From Blautia obeum ATCC 29174 (GTDB lineage: Bacteria; Bacillota; Clostridia; Lachnospirales; Lachnospiraceae), in contig NZ_CP102265.1 of assembly GCF_025147765.1 (NCBI RefSeq), forward strand, positions 2,020,296-2,052,295: 32,000 bases of DNA, written 5' to 3'. Positions 20,977 through 30,755 of this stretch are shown here, piece after piece. The stretch's first letter is position 1. Every line of letters starts with the position of its first letter. The notes beneath the pieces were generated by a model that saw only the letters and a list, made by a program, of their open reading frames with translations, made no database searches and was not told the DNA's origin. A program made the position numbers and the translations under genes.

Positions 20977-21756
20977 TTATATTCCTAATGCATCACCGCA
21001 GATAGGATATACCACTTTCCAGCTTTCGGTTTTTACCTTCGGAAGTACATTTCCTCCTGCTGTCTGCAATTCGGTACTAATTATTGGATATATACCGGCA
21101 TTTCCAGAATCACCGGCTACTGGGTATACTGTTTTTACAGCCTGTACCGCTGTTTTTACAGTAATTCCGTCATAGGCTATGCCTAATCCCATATTTACGT
21201 CTGGAAGCAAGCCTGCCTGTATAAAACGTTTCTCCCACGCTTCTGTTTCTATGCTTAACCCAAGACTTACTTTACATGTGCATTTCGTCTGGAAAGGAAT
21301 GTGTGCCGGTATTCTCCTACTGATGATTTTCTGCAGTATTCCTAAAGAAATAAAGCCACTATCGTTGTTGTTAAATTCAACACACAGAGTGTCTCCATCC
21401 CAGTACACTTTTCCTTCGTGTCCGGTATATGCCTTGATGAGCTGCAAAATAACGCTGCCACTCAAATGACCGGTTCCAGAATAATATATTTCAACTATTC
21501 TTCGCCGTTCTTCAATGGTAAGCTCTGCATCGTGTTCAATTCCAAGCATCCTTTCATACGCAAGTAAAGTTGGAAGATCGGCCTGTGAAGGAAACAGGTT
21601 CTTAACCTCCTGCTCCATCTTCTTTGCCAGAATATCCAGAAGCCACCCTTCAAACATATAGACGGCATTCATTTCTCTGTACTCTGTCCACCACTTTGGA
21701 CCGTAGCTGACAATTTCTTCATATCCAGGTGAAGATGAATTATAAAATATTTCCAT
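20977..21756 (-). CDS. XkdU/YmfQ-like (DUF2313) baseplate/tail protein
   Basis: 259-aa ORF following the baseplate J gene. ..YERMLGIEHDAELTIEERRRIV.. is typical of this family. Confidence 0.6.
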   Translation of the reverse strand: MEIFYNSSSPGYEEIVSYGPKWWTEYREMNAVYMFEGWLLDILAKKMEQEVKNLFPSQADLPTLLAYERMLGIEHDAELTIEERRRIVEIYYSGTGHLSGSVILQLIKAYTGHEGKVYWDGDTLCVEFNNNDSGFISLGILQKIISRRIPAHIPFQTKCTCKVSLGLSIETEAWEKRFIQAGLLPDVNMGLGIAYDGITVKTAVQAVKTVYPVAGDSGNAGIYPIISTELQTAGGNVLPKVKTESWKVVYPICGDALGI

Positions 21757-22942
21757 CGACAGTCACCTCCCCCAGTATAGGAATCTGCAAAATAGAAAAG
21801 GTAATATTTGCTGAGTTCCCATTCAGTTTCAGTTCGTCATAATCAATAACCTCGTCCATATTTTCAAGTATGGAGCCAACATGTGCGTATCGGATTGCCA
21901 TACCGTTTGTATATTCTTCCAGTGACATTTCGACAAAATATTTCTGTAAAAGGTTTTTGAACGCTTCCTGTATTCCTGAATATGTCGCATCACTTTTTTT
22001 CAACACAGAAACTGTAATGTCAATCTTCACTGCTTCAACAGCTACGGCAGTAAAGAACTGTCCTATATTTGCAACTCCTTCACCCATTCCTGTACATCCA
22101 GGATCGATATAATTCTGGACATTATCTATAACTGTCTGTGATGGTACTCCTCCAACCGCTGAAATGATAACGCCCTTTACTGTATATGGTCCTTTCCATA
22201 AGGGAATGATTCGTGCTGCTCCTACACCTTCCACAGATTCGCACCATGTACGCACCTGAGATTTATTTCCATTCTCGTCTGGCCCTGAGATTCGGTTTAT
22301 TAAACGTTCCCTTGCCGAATCATCACTTTCTGCATCAATTGCAGGAATAGCCAGCTCTCCGAGGGTTGCGCTGATAAGTCCGTCTACATCCAGTTCAGGA
22401 ATAACCTTAGTTCCAGATACCAGATTATTCATGTCGGTTCCCATATCTTCGGATATAAGAATGTATCTTCCCTCTGAATCACTGGATAAGGTAAAAAAAT
22501 AATCGTCTACTGACATTTTAGAATCCATTTCTGGAACCATGCCAACAAATGAGACGTAATATGTAGCTGGCGTAGGATTCGCTGGATTCCTCGTCAATCC
22601 TCGCTCCATCATTTTTTCATCTAGTACATCACCTGTACATGTGAAAATAGATATGATCTCTTTTACCATTTTCAACTGTTCAAGGAATGTACTGGTTCGG
22701 ATAATGCTTCCCATAGATGCATCCCAGTAAATGCTTCCCTGTCTCGTGTCTACATTCAGATATTCTCCCATGTCATAGAACTGTTCAATCAGAACATCCT
22801 GTGTGATCTCATTCAAAGGTAAATCTTCAATGTTTTTCAGCTTCTGCACGAGTTCTGTATCAACTTCCAACGGGGCATTTGCAAGCATTGCTGCCATCGC
22901 TGTTTTAAAATCCTGTATTTTTTTCTCCATCGTATCAGCCAT
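21740..22942 (-). CDS. Baseplate J-like protein (XkdT-like)
   Basis: 400-aa ORF in the canonical position between the XkdS-like and XkdU-like genes. Confidence 0.65.
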   Translation of the reverse strand: MADTMEKKIQDFKTAMAAMLANAPLEVDTELVQKLKNIEDLPLNEITQDVLIEQFYDMGEYLNVDTRQGSIYWDASMGSIIRTSTFLEQLKMVKEIISIFTCTGDVLDEKMMERGLTRNPANPTPATYYVSFVGMVPEMDSKMSVDDYFFTLSSDSEGRYILISEDMGTDMNNLVSGTKVIPELDVDGLISATLGELAIPAIDAESDDSARERLINRISGPDENGNKSQVRTWCESVEGVGAARIIPLWKGPYTVKGVIISAVGGVPSQTVIDNVQNYIDPGCTGMGEGVANIGQFFTAVAVEAVKIDITVSVLKKSDATYSGIQEAFKNLLQKYFVEMSLEEYTNGMAIRYAHVGSILENMDEVIDYDELKLNGNSANITFSILQIPILGEVTVDGNIL

Positions 22943-23360
22943 TGCTTATATCCCCCTCTATTATGGTATCGCCAAATATGGTCGATGCTGCAAATGAAAC
23001 ATAGATGGAATCCACATCTAATATTTCAAACTGTAAATCGTCAATTTCTAAGATTTCCTCCATGTTCAAAAAGGCATCTGATATCATTACTGGCATATCA
23101 GCTTCCAGATAATCAGGAGATAAATCAATGTTGCCTAATTTATTCATAATGTCACTGCCATATTGATCATCGTATATTTCATAGGCATATCTTCTCGTCT
23201 GCAATGCCTTAAACATTCCCTGACCGGCGGCTTCTAATCCATCAATCATACCGATGATCCGCTTATTCTGAAAATCCATTCGGTATGTTCGATATATTAT
23301 GCTTTCTTCCAGATCATCTTCCTCATTGGAAACAAAATCAACATTTTCGTCTTCATCCAT
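22935..23360 (-). CDS. XkdS-like (DUF2634 / gp25-like) baseplate wedge protein
   Basis: 141-aa ORF with ..YRMDFQNKRIIGMIDGLEA..ALQTRRY.YEIY.. and the conserved gene order. Confidence 0.55.
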   Translation of the reverse strand: MDEDENVDFVSNEEDDLEESIIYRTYRMDFQNKRIIGMIDGLEAAGQGMFKALQTRRYAYEIYDDQYGSDIMNKLGNIDLSPDYLEADMPVMISDAFLNMEEILEIDDLQFEILDVDSIYVSFAASTIFGDTIIEGDISNG

Positions 23361-23376
23361 GTTTCATGTCCTCCCT

Positions 23377-23619
23377 TCATATTTTGTCTAGGAAATAGTA
23401 TATTTTGTTTCTATTCACTGCCAGCAGGTACCACTGATCGCCTGCTTGCAACGGCTGTTTTCCGGAAGGAACAATAACAGACTGATCTGACAGACTAATG
23501 TTTATATCATCAATGAGTATAACTTCCAGCGGTTCCACTGTTTGTATATATCCAATAACGATATGGGGCATACTCTGCTCTGCAATCGCTCTTATGATTT
23601 CTGTAATGTTTTGTGCCAT
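23377..23619 (-). CDS. XkdR-like small baseplate protein (tentative)
   Basis: 80-aa ORF. The call rests on its position between the XkdQ-like and XkdS-like genes. Confidence 0.4.
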   Translation of the reverse strand: MAQNITEIIRAIAEQSMPHIVIGYIQTVEPLEVILIDDINISLSDQSVIVPSGKQPLQAGDQWYLLAVNRNKIYYFLDKI

Positions 23620-23640
23620 ATTTCACCCCTCTGTCCTCAT

Positions 23641-24609
23641 TTATTTAATTTTTTCATAGCTGAGTTTCAGGTTCATTTTATGATGTCCATTTTCAAAAGT
23701 ATGTGTATCTTCCTCAATGAACATAATCCTTTTAGCTCCAATAGGTGAAATTTGAACATAGGCGCATTTTCCAGATACGCACCTCGTGTCACCGGTAGCG
23801 GTAACGCTTAACTCCTGATCTACAATACTGGTATCTTTTTTGAACGTAGATATTTTCTGGTTAAGTTCTGTTTTCGTAACGTCCTCATCTACCGTCTGAA
23901 TATCTGCAAATTTGCCTATCTTCTTTTCAAGGGAAGAATTGACAAAGCTGCCTTTCTTGGCATTTTTTGAAGTAACCAATATCAGTCTGGTTCTCGTCTT
24001 ATAAATTGATCTGGACATATCGTAGCTTTGGATATTGCTATCTAAGGATAATATCGGCATGGACGTTTGTTCCTGCCGTTTCCTCAGATATATTTTTCCC
24101 TTCTCGGACGAAACATAATAGCGTATTCCAGTAGCGTAATATGTCTGGCTCAATGCATCCTCAATCACATCCCAATATGTTGTGTTTTTCTTTACCAGTT
24201 CCCCTATGATGTGACCGGTATTTACCGCTGAACCTAAAGGAAGTCCCAGCTTCTTTAAGCAATACTTAAAAATATATGTTGCAGATTTCTTCTTAAAAGA
24301 AAAACTGCCTTTGTTATTGCAAAGATAAACACAGTTATCATATGCCTTTATGGTCAATGTTCTTTTACTACTTCTGCTATCTGTCATAAGCAGGCCACGA
24401 AATATTTCGCTTTTGTCACAATAAAAAAACACCTGCTGTCCTTCACCAGAATTTGCAGATGCTCTTGCAAACTGTTCCGAATCAAAAAGGGTGGCGCTCA
24501 ACGTTCTTGGAGCATCACCTCTCCGACCAGTAACAGAAACTTTCTGTATTAATTCTGAGATATTCTTATATGTGCCATTCTTCCCGATTTTTAACGTGAT
24601 TTTGTTCAT
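23641..24609 (-). CDS. XkdQ/gpD-like tail/baseplate hub protein
   Basis: 322-aa ORF whose position and size match XkdQ/YqbQ-family proteins. Confidence 0.55.
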   Translation of the reverse strand: MNKITLKIGKNGTYKNISELIQKVSVTGRRGDAPRTLSATLFDSEQFARASANSGEGQQVFFYCDKSEIFRGLLMTDSRSSKRTLTIKAYDNCVYLCNNKGSFSFKKKSATYIFKYCLKKLGLPLGSAVNTGHIIGELVKKNTTYWDVIEDALSQTYYATGIRYYVSSEKGKIYLRKRQEQTSMPILSLDSNIQSYDMSRSIYKTRTRLILVTSKNAKKGSFVNSSLEKKIGKFADIQTVDEDVTKTELNQKISTFKKDTSIVDQELSVTATGDTRCVSGKCAYVQISPIGAKRIMFIEEDTHTFENGHHKMNLKLSYEKIK

Positions 24610-24622
24610 TTCGGCACCTCCA

Positions 24623-25351
24623 TTACATTTTCTTTAGCCATGTATTATAAGCATATCCCCACTTGCTACCATACTTCACATGATACCAGTTTCCCTTCTT
24701 TTTTCCATCCGAAGTAACCGTTTTGCCATATGGCATTAGTCCCAGTATTGTTGAATTTGGTCCTTTTCTTAAATGCAGGCCACTTTTTGCGGTGACTTTA
24801 TATTTAATAGTTTTTTTATTGCTTGGTCGCTTACCTGTACTTGTCTTTTTGGGCTTTTTGTTTGCTTTTTTCTTGTATGTACTGACAGAGACTTTTCGGT
24901 GTTCTCTTATCTTCACTTTATAATAGACTGTTCCAACATCTCCACCCTGTTCATATGGAACATATGATGCAAGATCAGCATACATATTTATTGCAAACGG
25001 GCCTCCCACCAGTACAAAATGAAATGGGTTCTTTGCATTCGTAAGAGCCAGCATCCACTTGTGCCATACGGAAGGCTTTTTAAACTCTTTCTGCATACAA
25101 GCACAGTAGTTTTTTCCATACTGCGAAGGGAAAATAGATTCAAATTCAATGGTTATAGCATCTCTTTTCCCTCTATGCAGTATTTCTCCAAAAGTATCAA
25201 TATCTACGGAAGTCAGTTTTCCATTAACTGTGAGGGCAATCTTTGCCGGAAGCATCGGAGCAACATATACCTTTTTGTCATTATCATAATTGAAAAACAT
25301 TCGGTATTTTGTTGGATTGTTCACATTTTGCTTGAACATATTAGAACTCAT
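24623..25351 (-). CDS. XkdP-position tail protein with C-terminal SH3b-like domain
   Basis: The first ATG at 25351 (MSSNMFK...) has GGAGGTGA 8 nt upstream and overlaps the TMP end. The C-terminal ..YKVTAKSGLHLRKGPNSTILGLMPYGKTVTSDGKKKGNWYHVKYGSKWGYAYNTWL is SH3b-like. Confidence 0.6.
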   Translation of the reverse strand: MSSNMFKQNVNNPTKYRMFFNYDNDKKVYVAPMLPAKIALTVNGKLTSVDIDTFGEILHRGKRDAITIEFESIFPSQYGKNYCACMQKEFKKPSVWHKWMLALTNAKNPFHFVLVGGPFAINMYADLASYVPYEQGGDVGTVYYKVKIREHRKVSVSTYKKKANKKPKKTSTGKRPSNKKTIKYKVTAKSGLHLRKGPNSTILGLMPYGKTVTSDGKKKGNWYHVKYGSKWGYAYNTWLKKM

Positions 25352-28300
25352 ACGATGCGTCACCTCCTACCAGAGCTTCCTCTGTAACAATATTTACAAA
25401 TACATCTCGCACCTTTTCCATAAGTACCTGCACGATATCATCTTTGGAAACGCCCTTGCCGGCAGTAATGCTACCATTTCCATTGATATTGATATCAATG
25501 GTCCGGTTACTGCTTGCTTTTGTTTCCTGTCCATTTCCGTCAGTATTCTTTCCTCCGGAATACATTGACGGTGCTATCTGAATAGGCCCATCTTCCAATG
25601 CTCCAAGACGTTTTCCTGCTTCCTGCCATAATTCCATAGCATTTCCAGAACCATCCAACGGAATAATTGCCTCTGGTCCTGCTTCTGCAACCATACCAAG
25701 ATGAGGCTCATCGAAAATACCGCCAGCCGCATGAAGAGCAGCTGTTACTGTTGCGGATCCGGTTGCTCCTCCACCAAAGCTAATTGTCTTTGTTGGATTT
25801 GCCAAAGAATAATTCGCTGTCAGTGTTACGTGTACAGTGCCAGATGCAGAATACGGATTCGCCCACGCACTGCGAACAAGTCCTCCTACATAATCATATA
25901 CAGACGCAATGTTGTCGTTACCTTTTGCCAGGGTAACATCTACTGTACCATCGGCAGGAAGGGCTGCTGAAAACGCACTGATCACATCACTCTGTGTAGT
26001 TGCTACAGCTTGAGATGAATCAACATTTCCTGCTGTCAGCGTTATATTCGCTGGGACATTTACAGGAACTGCACTCTGTTCTCCTAGCTTTCCGGTAATC
26101 TCAGATGATAACTGAGTATCATCAATCGCACCAGCTTTAATAGTTACATTCGCTGGAACCTCAACCGGAACAGCTTCACCCTGCTGTAATTTCTCAGAAA
26201 TTGCAGATGCAAGTTCACTATCATCCAGGCTCGCAACCTCAAATTTAATGGTTGTTGGAACATCAGTTTCTTTCGGCTCTGCCTGTGTTTCCTGCTCCTG
26301 TGCAGCCTGCGTTACCTGAGAATCATCTACACCAGCATTTGTCATGTTTGTTTTTACCGGCTGTTCTCTTTCTACGGTCTCTGCTGTTTGGCTCTTTGCT
26401 TCCTCCTCAGCTGCCTGTGCAGTCTGAGAACCGTCTACGCCTTCATCCGTAAGTGTAGTCTTTACTCCCTGCTCAGTTTCTATGGTTTCCCCTGTCTCAC
26501 TTTTTGCCGCTTCCTCAGCTGCTTCTCCCACACCGGAAGCATCTGTATCAACCTTTTCTTTTGGAATCTTTAATTCCATATCAGGATAAATTGTGTATGG
26601 GTCTTCGATACCGTTATACTCAGCTATTTCATGCCAGTCTATTCCAAGGGCTTCTCCGATCTGTGAAAGGCAGTTACCTTTTTCAACTTTGATCTGAATG
26701 TCTCCATCCACTTCGCCCTCTACGGTTCCAAGATCACCAAGGGCATCCTGAATAAGCTGATCTACATGGTCCTGATTTACCTCAACATCATCTACTTCGG
26801 CCTGCATGCCTTCAATAGTTACTGGATCCGGGTCTATATCTGTCGTTGCTCTATCAATGGCGGTTTTTAATTCTTCCGGAACGCTTACGGTTCCATCCTG
26901 AATTGCCTGTACCAACGCTTCACTCGCAGGATCAGCAATCATCTGATTTGCAAACACCTGCCATGCAGCATCGGCATCTCCAGCCGCAGCTCCTACCTGC
27001 ACAGCATCATTAAAGGCAGTCATTACATCCTGCGGAACTGCCTGCCCCATTTCTCTGTACTCATCAATAAGACCTGCCATGCTTTCTACGTCAGGCTTCA
27101 TTGAATCATAAATTTTTGACAATGCTTTCTGGTCTTTGTCACTGAATATGCTCGTACCAGTCATAGCACTGGAAAATCCGCTCTGCATTGAATTGACTAA
27201 GGACATATAATCCTGGTTTGCCAGATATGAATTGGCATTATTCAGGAAATTTCCTGTCTGTTCCTGAATTGCAGAATAATTTGAATCAAGTTTTTCTCCG
27301 TAAGCATCTGAAAGAGTATTTTTTTCAAATTCCAGGCTATTTCCAAGCATACTGGCCTGATCATTCCTTACGGCATATCCTGCCTGCTGCTTATAATTAA
27401 CAAGTTCTTCATCTGAAATTCTCTGCACTCCATTTTCATCAGCTTTGTTCAGAGCATTCAATGTAGTGTACAGCTTCTTTTCTGATGTTTCCAATGCCGC
27501 AGTAGCAGTTTCTCTCTGTTCGCCAAGTTCCTCCACTACCTTTGTAAATGTATCTGCTGTCAGATCTTTTCCTGAAAGTCTGCCATATTTCTGCGTCAGA
27601 ACATCCATCTGAGCTTGTGCTTCCGCTTCCTGCCAGCCTTCCATAATGTTATTGATCTTACCCTGCAACTGGTCAATCGCTGCCTGTTCATCAACATCTA
27701 TGATGCCATCTTCCAATGCAGTCTGAACCAAGTTTGTGAGACCTGCCGACAAAGATTGCATCTCACCCAGATCCTGTTCAGCCCATTTCTCAATCTGAGA
27801 GCCAAGGCTGGAACCATCAGCCATTTTTATGTCGAACTCATTTACCGTCATTTTTGCGGCAAGAGTTTGTTCCGTAAGAGCCTGTTCAATATTCTCTTTG
27901 AATGTCTCTATATTCTGCATATATGAGGACTGTTCATCCTCAGTAAGCTGAATGCCGACACGTGCTTTCCATTCCAGAGCATCGTTTGCAGCAAGGGCTT
28001 CTTCTGCCTGCTGATTAAATTCTTCTGCATTCTCAAAATGACCTATTGCCGCATTGATATTCACAAGCCATTGTGCATCTATTACACGTGATGCGAAATC
28101 CTCAATTTGAGAATCATCCAGCTCTACGCTGCCAAAATGCGCACTTAGGCTGTCTTCTACCTGAATATCATTATATTTCTTTACGGCCAAGCCTACGGCT
28201 GTTATCGCTGCTACAGCCGCCGCTGCTCCTGCTGCCCATGGTGAACCGAATAAACTTGTACCTAATTTTCCTAATGCACTCGCCATTCCACCGGCTTCTG

Positions 28301-29978
28301 AAACCATTCCTGCAATTTTTATACCAGTGTTTACAGTTTTCATTGCCGCAAACCCAGCACCGATAGATGCAAACGCACTTGCGACAGCTTTTGGATTCTG
28401 CAATACAGTCTTGATCATCGGAGACAGTGCATTTCCTACTTTGGAGATTCCACTCGCCAAGGTTCCAAATGCATCAGGAACCCAGGATGTAAGTGTTGGA
28501 ATAATATCACTGGTAATCCACTGCGCACCTTCTCGCAACGGTCCTTCCATTGCTTCAAATGCCTGTAACTGCATTTCTTCATAGGCGCTATTCATATTTG
28601 CCATATCACCAGAAAGATTGTCATTCATCGTTTCTGCCATATCTTCTGATGCTCCGGTGGCGCTTCTCAGAGCTTCCTCATATCCAGCAACCTTGTCCAT
28701 TCCTTCGGCTAGAACCATATTTACGCCCTTAATGGAATCATCGGTAAATACAGAGCTTAATGCAGCGGCTCTCTGAGCACTTCCCATTCCTTCTGTAGCT
28801 TCTCCTACTTCCATTAAGATATCTGTCATATCTCGGAAGTTTCCAGAAGCGTCTTGGACAGCAATAGACGTTTCGCCAATCTTAATTGCTCCATCGTCCA
28901 TTTTGGCTGTAATGTCTCGCATCATAGCTCCCAATGTCGTACCAGCTTCAGAACCCTTTCGACCTTGATTTGCCATAGCCTCCAACAGAGATGTGGTTGT
29001 CTCAACGTCTTGCCCTGCGGCGTGCATATTCGCAGCTGAGTTTTTATATGCTTCTCCCAACTGTGCCGCTGTGGTATTACTGTTAGACTGAGCGTACGCC
29101 AACATATCAGCAAAATATGTAGATTTATTTGCCTCCATGCCAAATGCAGACAAATAATCTGTAACCATGTCTGATGCTTCACCTAATCCCATGCTAGATG
29201 CCGCGGCAAGGTTCAGGACGCCGCCCAAAGCATCCGTAGACTGCTGTGCATCCCATCCTGCCAAACTCATATATTTCAATGCTTCGGCTGCCTCTGATGC
29301 ACTGAAAACTGTGGTTGCACCATATTGTCTTGCAGTATCTTCCATCATCGCAAGATCACTGGATGATGCGCCTGAAATAGCAGCTACTTCTGACATTACA
29401 GATGTATAATTTTTTCCAAGTTCTATGGAATCTGCCGTAAAATCTTTTACCTGTCCAATAATCGCTGCTGCTGAAACAACAGCAAACAATGTTTTTAAAG
29501 CTCCACTGAGATTTATAGCTTTCGATGATGCTTCCTCCATAGAACTCCCTGCATCATCAACCTGCCCTGCAAGCGAATCCATACCATCGGCACCATCTCC
29601 CAGATCACCAGTGGCATCAGCAAGATCATCTACGCTTTCAGAAGCCCTGGATGCACTGTCAGATAAATCATCTGCATTGTCTGCCGCTTCGGAAAAAGCA
29701 GAGCCCATCCCTCTGGTATCTCCTGCTGAAAAACTTTCAAGACCGCTTACAGCATCATCAATGGCATTTCCAAGTGCCTCCGCATCACTTTCAACTGAAT
29801 TGAAGGCACTTCCTGCCTGACTTGCAAATGAAGTGGCGGCACTGGAACGAAAAGCACTGTCCATAGCTCTACCGGCATTACTGAACTGCGTAGCTGCTGT
29901 TCTTGCAGAAGCAGTTATCCTTTGCATTTTCGCACTTACATCATCCTGCAACGTCATTCTTACAGACACATCGCTCAT
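25341..29978 (-). CDS. Tail tape measure protein (with internal LysM-like domain and tandem repeats)
   Basis: 1545-aa ORF after the chaperone pair, Ala/Gly-rich and helical. The LysM-like segment is ..GNCLSQIGEALGIDWHEIAEYNGIEDPYTIYPDMELKIP.. (~26565-26700). Confidence 0.85.
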   Translation of the reverse strand: MSDVSVRMTLQDDVSAKMQRITASARTAATQFSNAGRAMDSAFRSSAATSFASQAGSAFNSVESDAEALGNAIDDAVSGLESFSAGDTRGMGSAFSEAADNADDLSDSASRASESVDDLADATGDLGDGADGMDSLAGQVDDAGSSMEEASSKAINLSGALKTLFAVVSAAAIIGQVKDFTADSIELGKNYTSVMSEVAAISGASSSDLAMMEDTARQYGATTVFSASEAAEALKYMSLAGWDAQQSTDALGGVLNLAAASSMGLGEASDMVTDYLSAFGMEANKSTYFADMLAYAQSNSNTTAAQLGEAYKNSAANMHAAGQDVETTTSLLEAMANQGRKGSEAGTTLGAMMRDITAKMDDGAIKIGETSIAVQDASGNFRDMTDILMEVGEATEGMGSAQRAAALSSVFTDDSIKGVNMVLAEGMDKVAGYEEALRSATGASEDMAETMNDNLSGDMANMNSAYEEMQLQAFEAMEGPLREGAQWITSDIIPTLTSWVPDAFGTLASGISKVGNALSPMIKTVLQNPKAVASAFASIGAGFAAMKTVNTGIKIAGMVSEAGGMASALGKLGTSLFGSPWAAGAAAAVAAITAVGLAVKKYNDIQVEDSLSAHFGSVELDDSQIEDFASRVIDAQWLVNINAAIGHFENAEEFNQQAEEALAANDALEWKARVGIQLTEDEQSSYMQNIETFKENIEQALTEQTLAAKMTVNEFDIKMADGSSLGSQIEKWAEQDLGEMQSLSAGLTNLVQTALEDGIIDVDEQAAIDQLQGKINNIMEGWQEAEAQAQMDVLTQKYGRLSGKDLTADTFTKVVEELGEQRETATAALETSEKKLYTTLNALNKADENGVQRISDEELVNYKQQAGYAVRNDQASMLGNSLEFEKNTLSDAYGEKLDSNYSAIQEQTGNFLNNANSYLANQDYMSLVNSMQSGFSSAMTGTSIFSDKDQKALSKIYDSMKPDVESMAGLIDEYREMGQAVPQDVMTAFNDAVQVGAAAGDADAAWQVFANQMIADPASEALVQAIQDGTVSVPEELKTAIDRATTDIDPDPVTIEGMQAEVDDVEVNQDHVDQLIQDALGDLGTVEGEVDGDIQIKVEKGNCLSQIGEALGIDWHEIAEYNGIEDPYTIYPDMELKIPKEKVDTDASGVGEAAEEAAKSETGETIETEQGVKTTLTDEGVDGSQTAQAAEEEAKSQTAETVEREQPVKTNMTNAGVDDSQVTQAAQEQETQAEPKETDVPTTIKFEVASLDDSELASAISEKLQQGEAVPVEVPANVTIKAGAIDDTQLSSEITGKLGEQSAVPVNVPANITLTAGNVDSSQAVATTQSDVISAFSAALPADGTVDVTLAKGNDNIASVYDYVGGLVRSAWANPYSASGTVHVTLTANYSLANPTKTISFGGGATGSATVTAALHAAGGIFDEPHLGMVAEAGPEAIIPLDGSGNAMELWQEAGKRLGALEDGPIQIAPSMYSGGKNTDGNGQETKASSNRTIDININGNGSITAGKGVSKDDIVQVLMEKVRDVFVNIVTEEALVGGDASYEF

Positions 29979-29995
29979 TTTCCATCACCGTCCTT

Positions 29996-30202
29996 TCATT
30001 TCTTTTTTAAAAATCCTCGTGCCAATCTTTCATCGGCATTTAAAGGTGCTTTTATTGCCAGTTCTTCCGAGGCAATATAGGCAAGACGAACATTCCTTTC
30101 CATCATGGCGTATTCCTCCATGCGAAGTCCTTTCTTCTGCCATAGAACATGAGCCCACATCCAGTCAAAGGAATTTTCGTCATCGCCTTCCCCGGACATC
30201 AT
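29996..30202 (-). CDS. Tail assembly chaperone frameshift extension (GT-type C-terminal part)
   Basis: 68-aa ORF in the -1 frame relative to 30199-30675. It begins at the slippery A7 tract and sits between the chaperone and the TMP. Confidence 0.6.
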   Translation of the reverse strand: MMSGEGDDENSFDWMWAHVLWQKKGLRMEEYAMMERNVRLAYIASEELAIKAPLNADERLARGFLKKK

Positions 30203-30675
30203 TTTTTTAATTCTTCAACCGTCTCTTTATCATTTTTCTTTGAAGCAAGTCCACACGCTTCCATCAGACAATCATCAGCATACTTGAAATCGTCCTTATC
30301 CGGGAAGATAATGTTCGGCATATCCAGACGATCGTGCACTCCGTAATATTCCATCAGTTCAGGATCGTCCAGCTTCGGCTGTACGAATGCTTCCACCATA
30401 ATCTCAAGACCTGCAGAATCTCCATCATAATCATTAATAACTGCAACCTGACCGTTGTTTCCAATAATCGGGCGATCACCATTTCTTTTGTCTCGATATA
30501 CTTCTTTGGTCTTGTAGTTGTTTCTGATCTCTTTAATTTCCTTCATGGAAAGTCTTTTGATGATAAAAGGAATAACATTCCCTTTGGCATCCTTGTATCT
30601 TTCAATGCCTGGAAACTCCATTGTTCCACGATCTTTCAGTTCCGGTTTCATAAACGCTTTCATGTCGATACCCAT
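30199..30675 (-). CDS. Tail assembly chaperone (XkdN-like)
   Basis: I prefer the start at ATG 30675 (MGIDMKAFMK...), with GGAGG 8 nt upstream. It occupies the canonical position between the tube and TMP genes. Confidence 0.7.
   Translation of the reverse strand: MGIDMKAFMKPELKDRGTMEFPGIERYKDAKGNVIPFIIKRLSMKEIKEIRNNYKTKEVYRDKRNGDRPIIGNNGQVAVINDYDGDSAGLEIMVEAFVQPKLDDPELMEYYGVHDRLDMPNIIFPDKDDFKYADDCLMEACGLASKKNDKETVEELKK
30202..30208 (-). promoter_or_regulatory. Programmed -1 ribosomal frameshift slippery heptamer A_AAA_AAA
   Basis: The minus strand reads GAA GAA TTA AAA AAA TGA. A -1 slip on A AAA AAA puts the ribosome onto ATG ATG TCC..., which is the downstream ORF frame. Confidence 0.6.
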
Positions 30676-30755
30676 TCTTTTTTCCTCCATTTTTTCAAAA
30701 TTATAGGGAGGGTTGTCCCCTCCCATTTATTCAGTCATTTGTTTGTTTTGTACTT

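Noticed and set aside
25387-29820. Many 60-130-aa plus-strand ORFs inside the tape-measure gene (for example 29425-29820 and 27615-27926) and inside other structural genes
   Set aside because: All are antisense to a long, continuous, well-supported ORF. None has an SD, and their compositions are typical of antisense reading of Ala/Gly/Glu-rich coding sequence.
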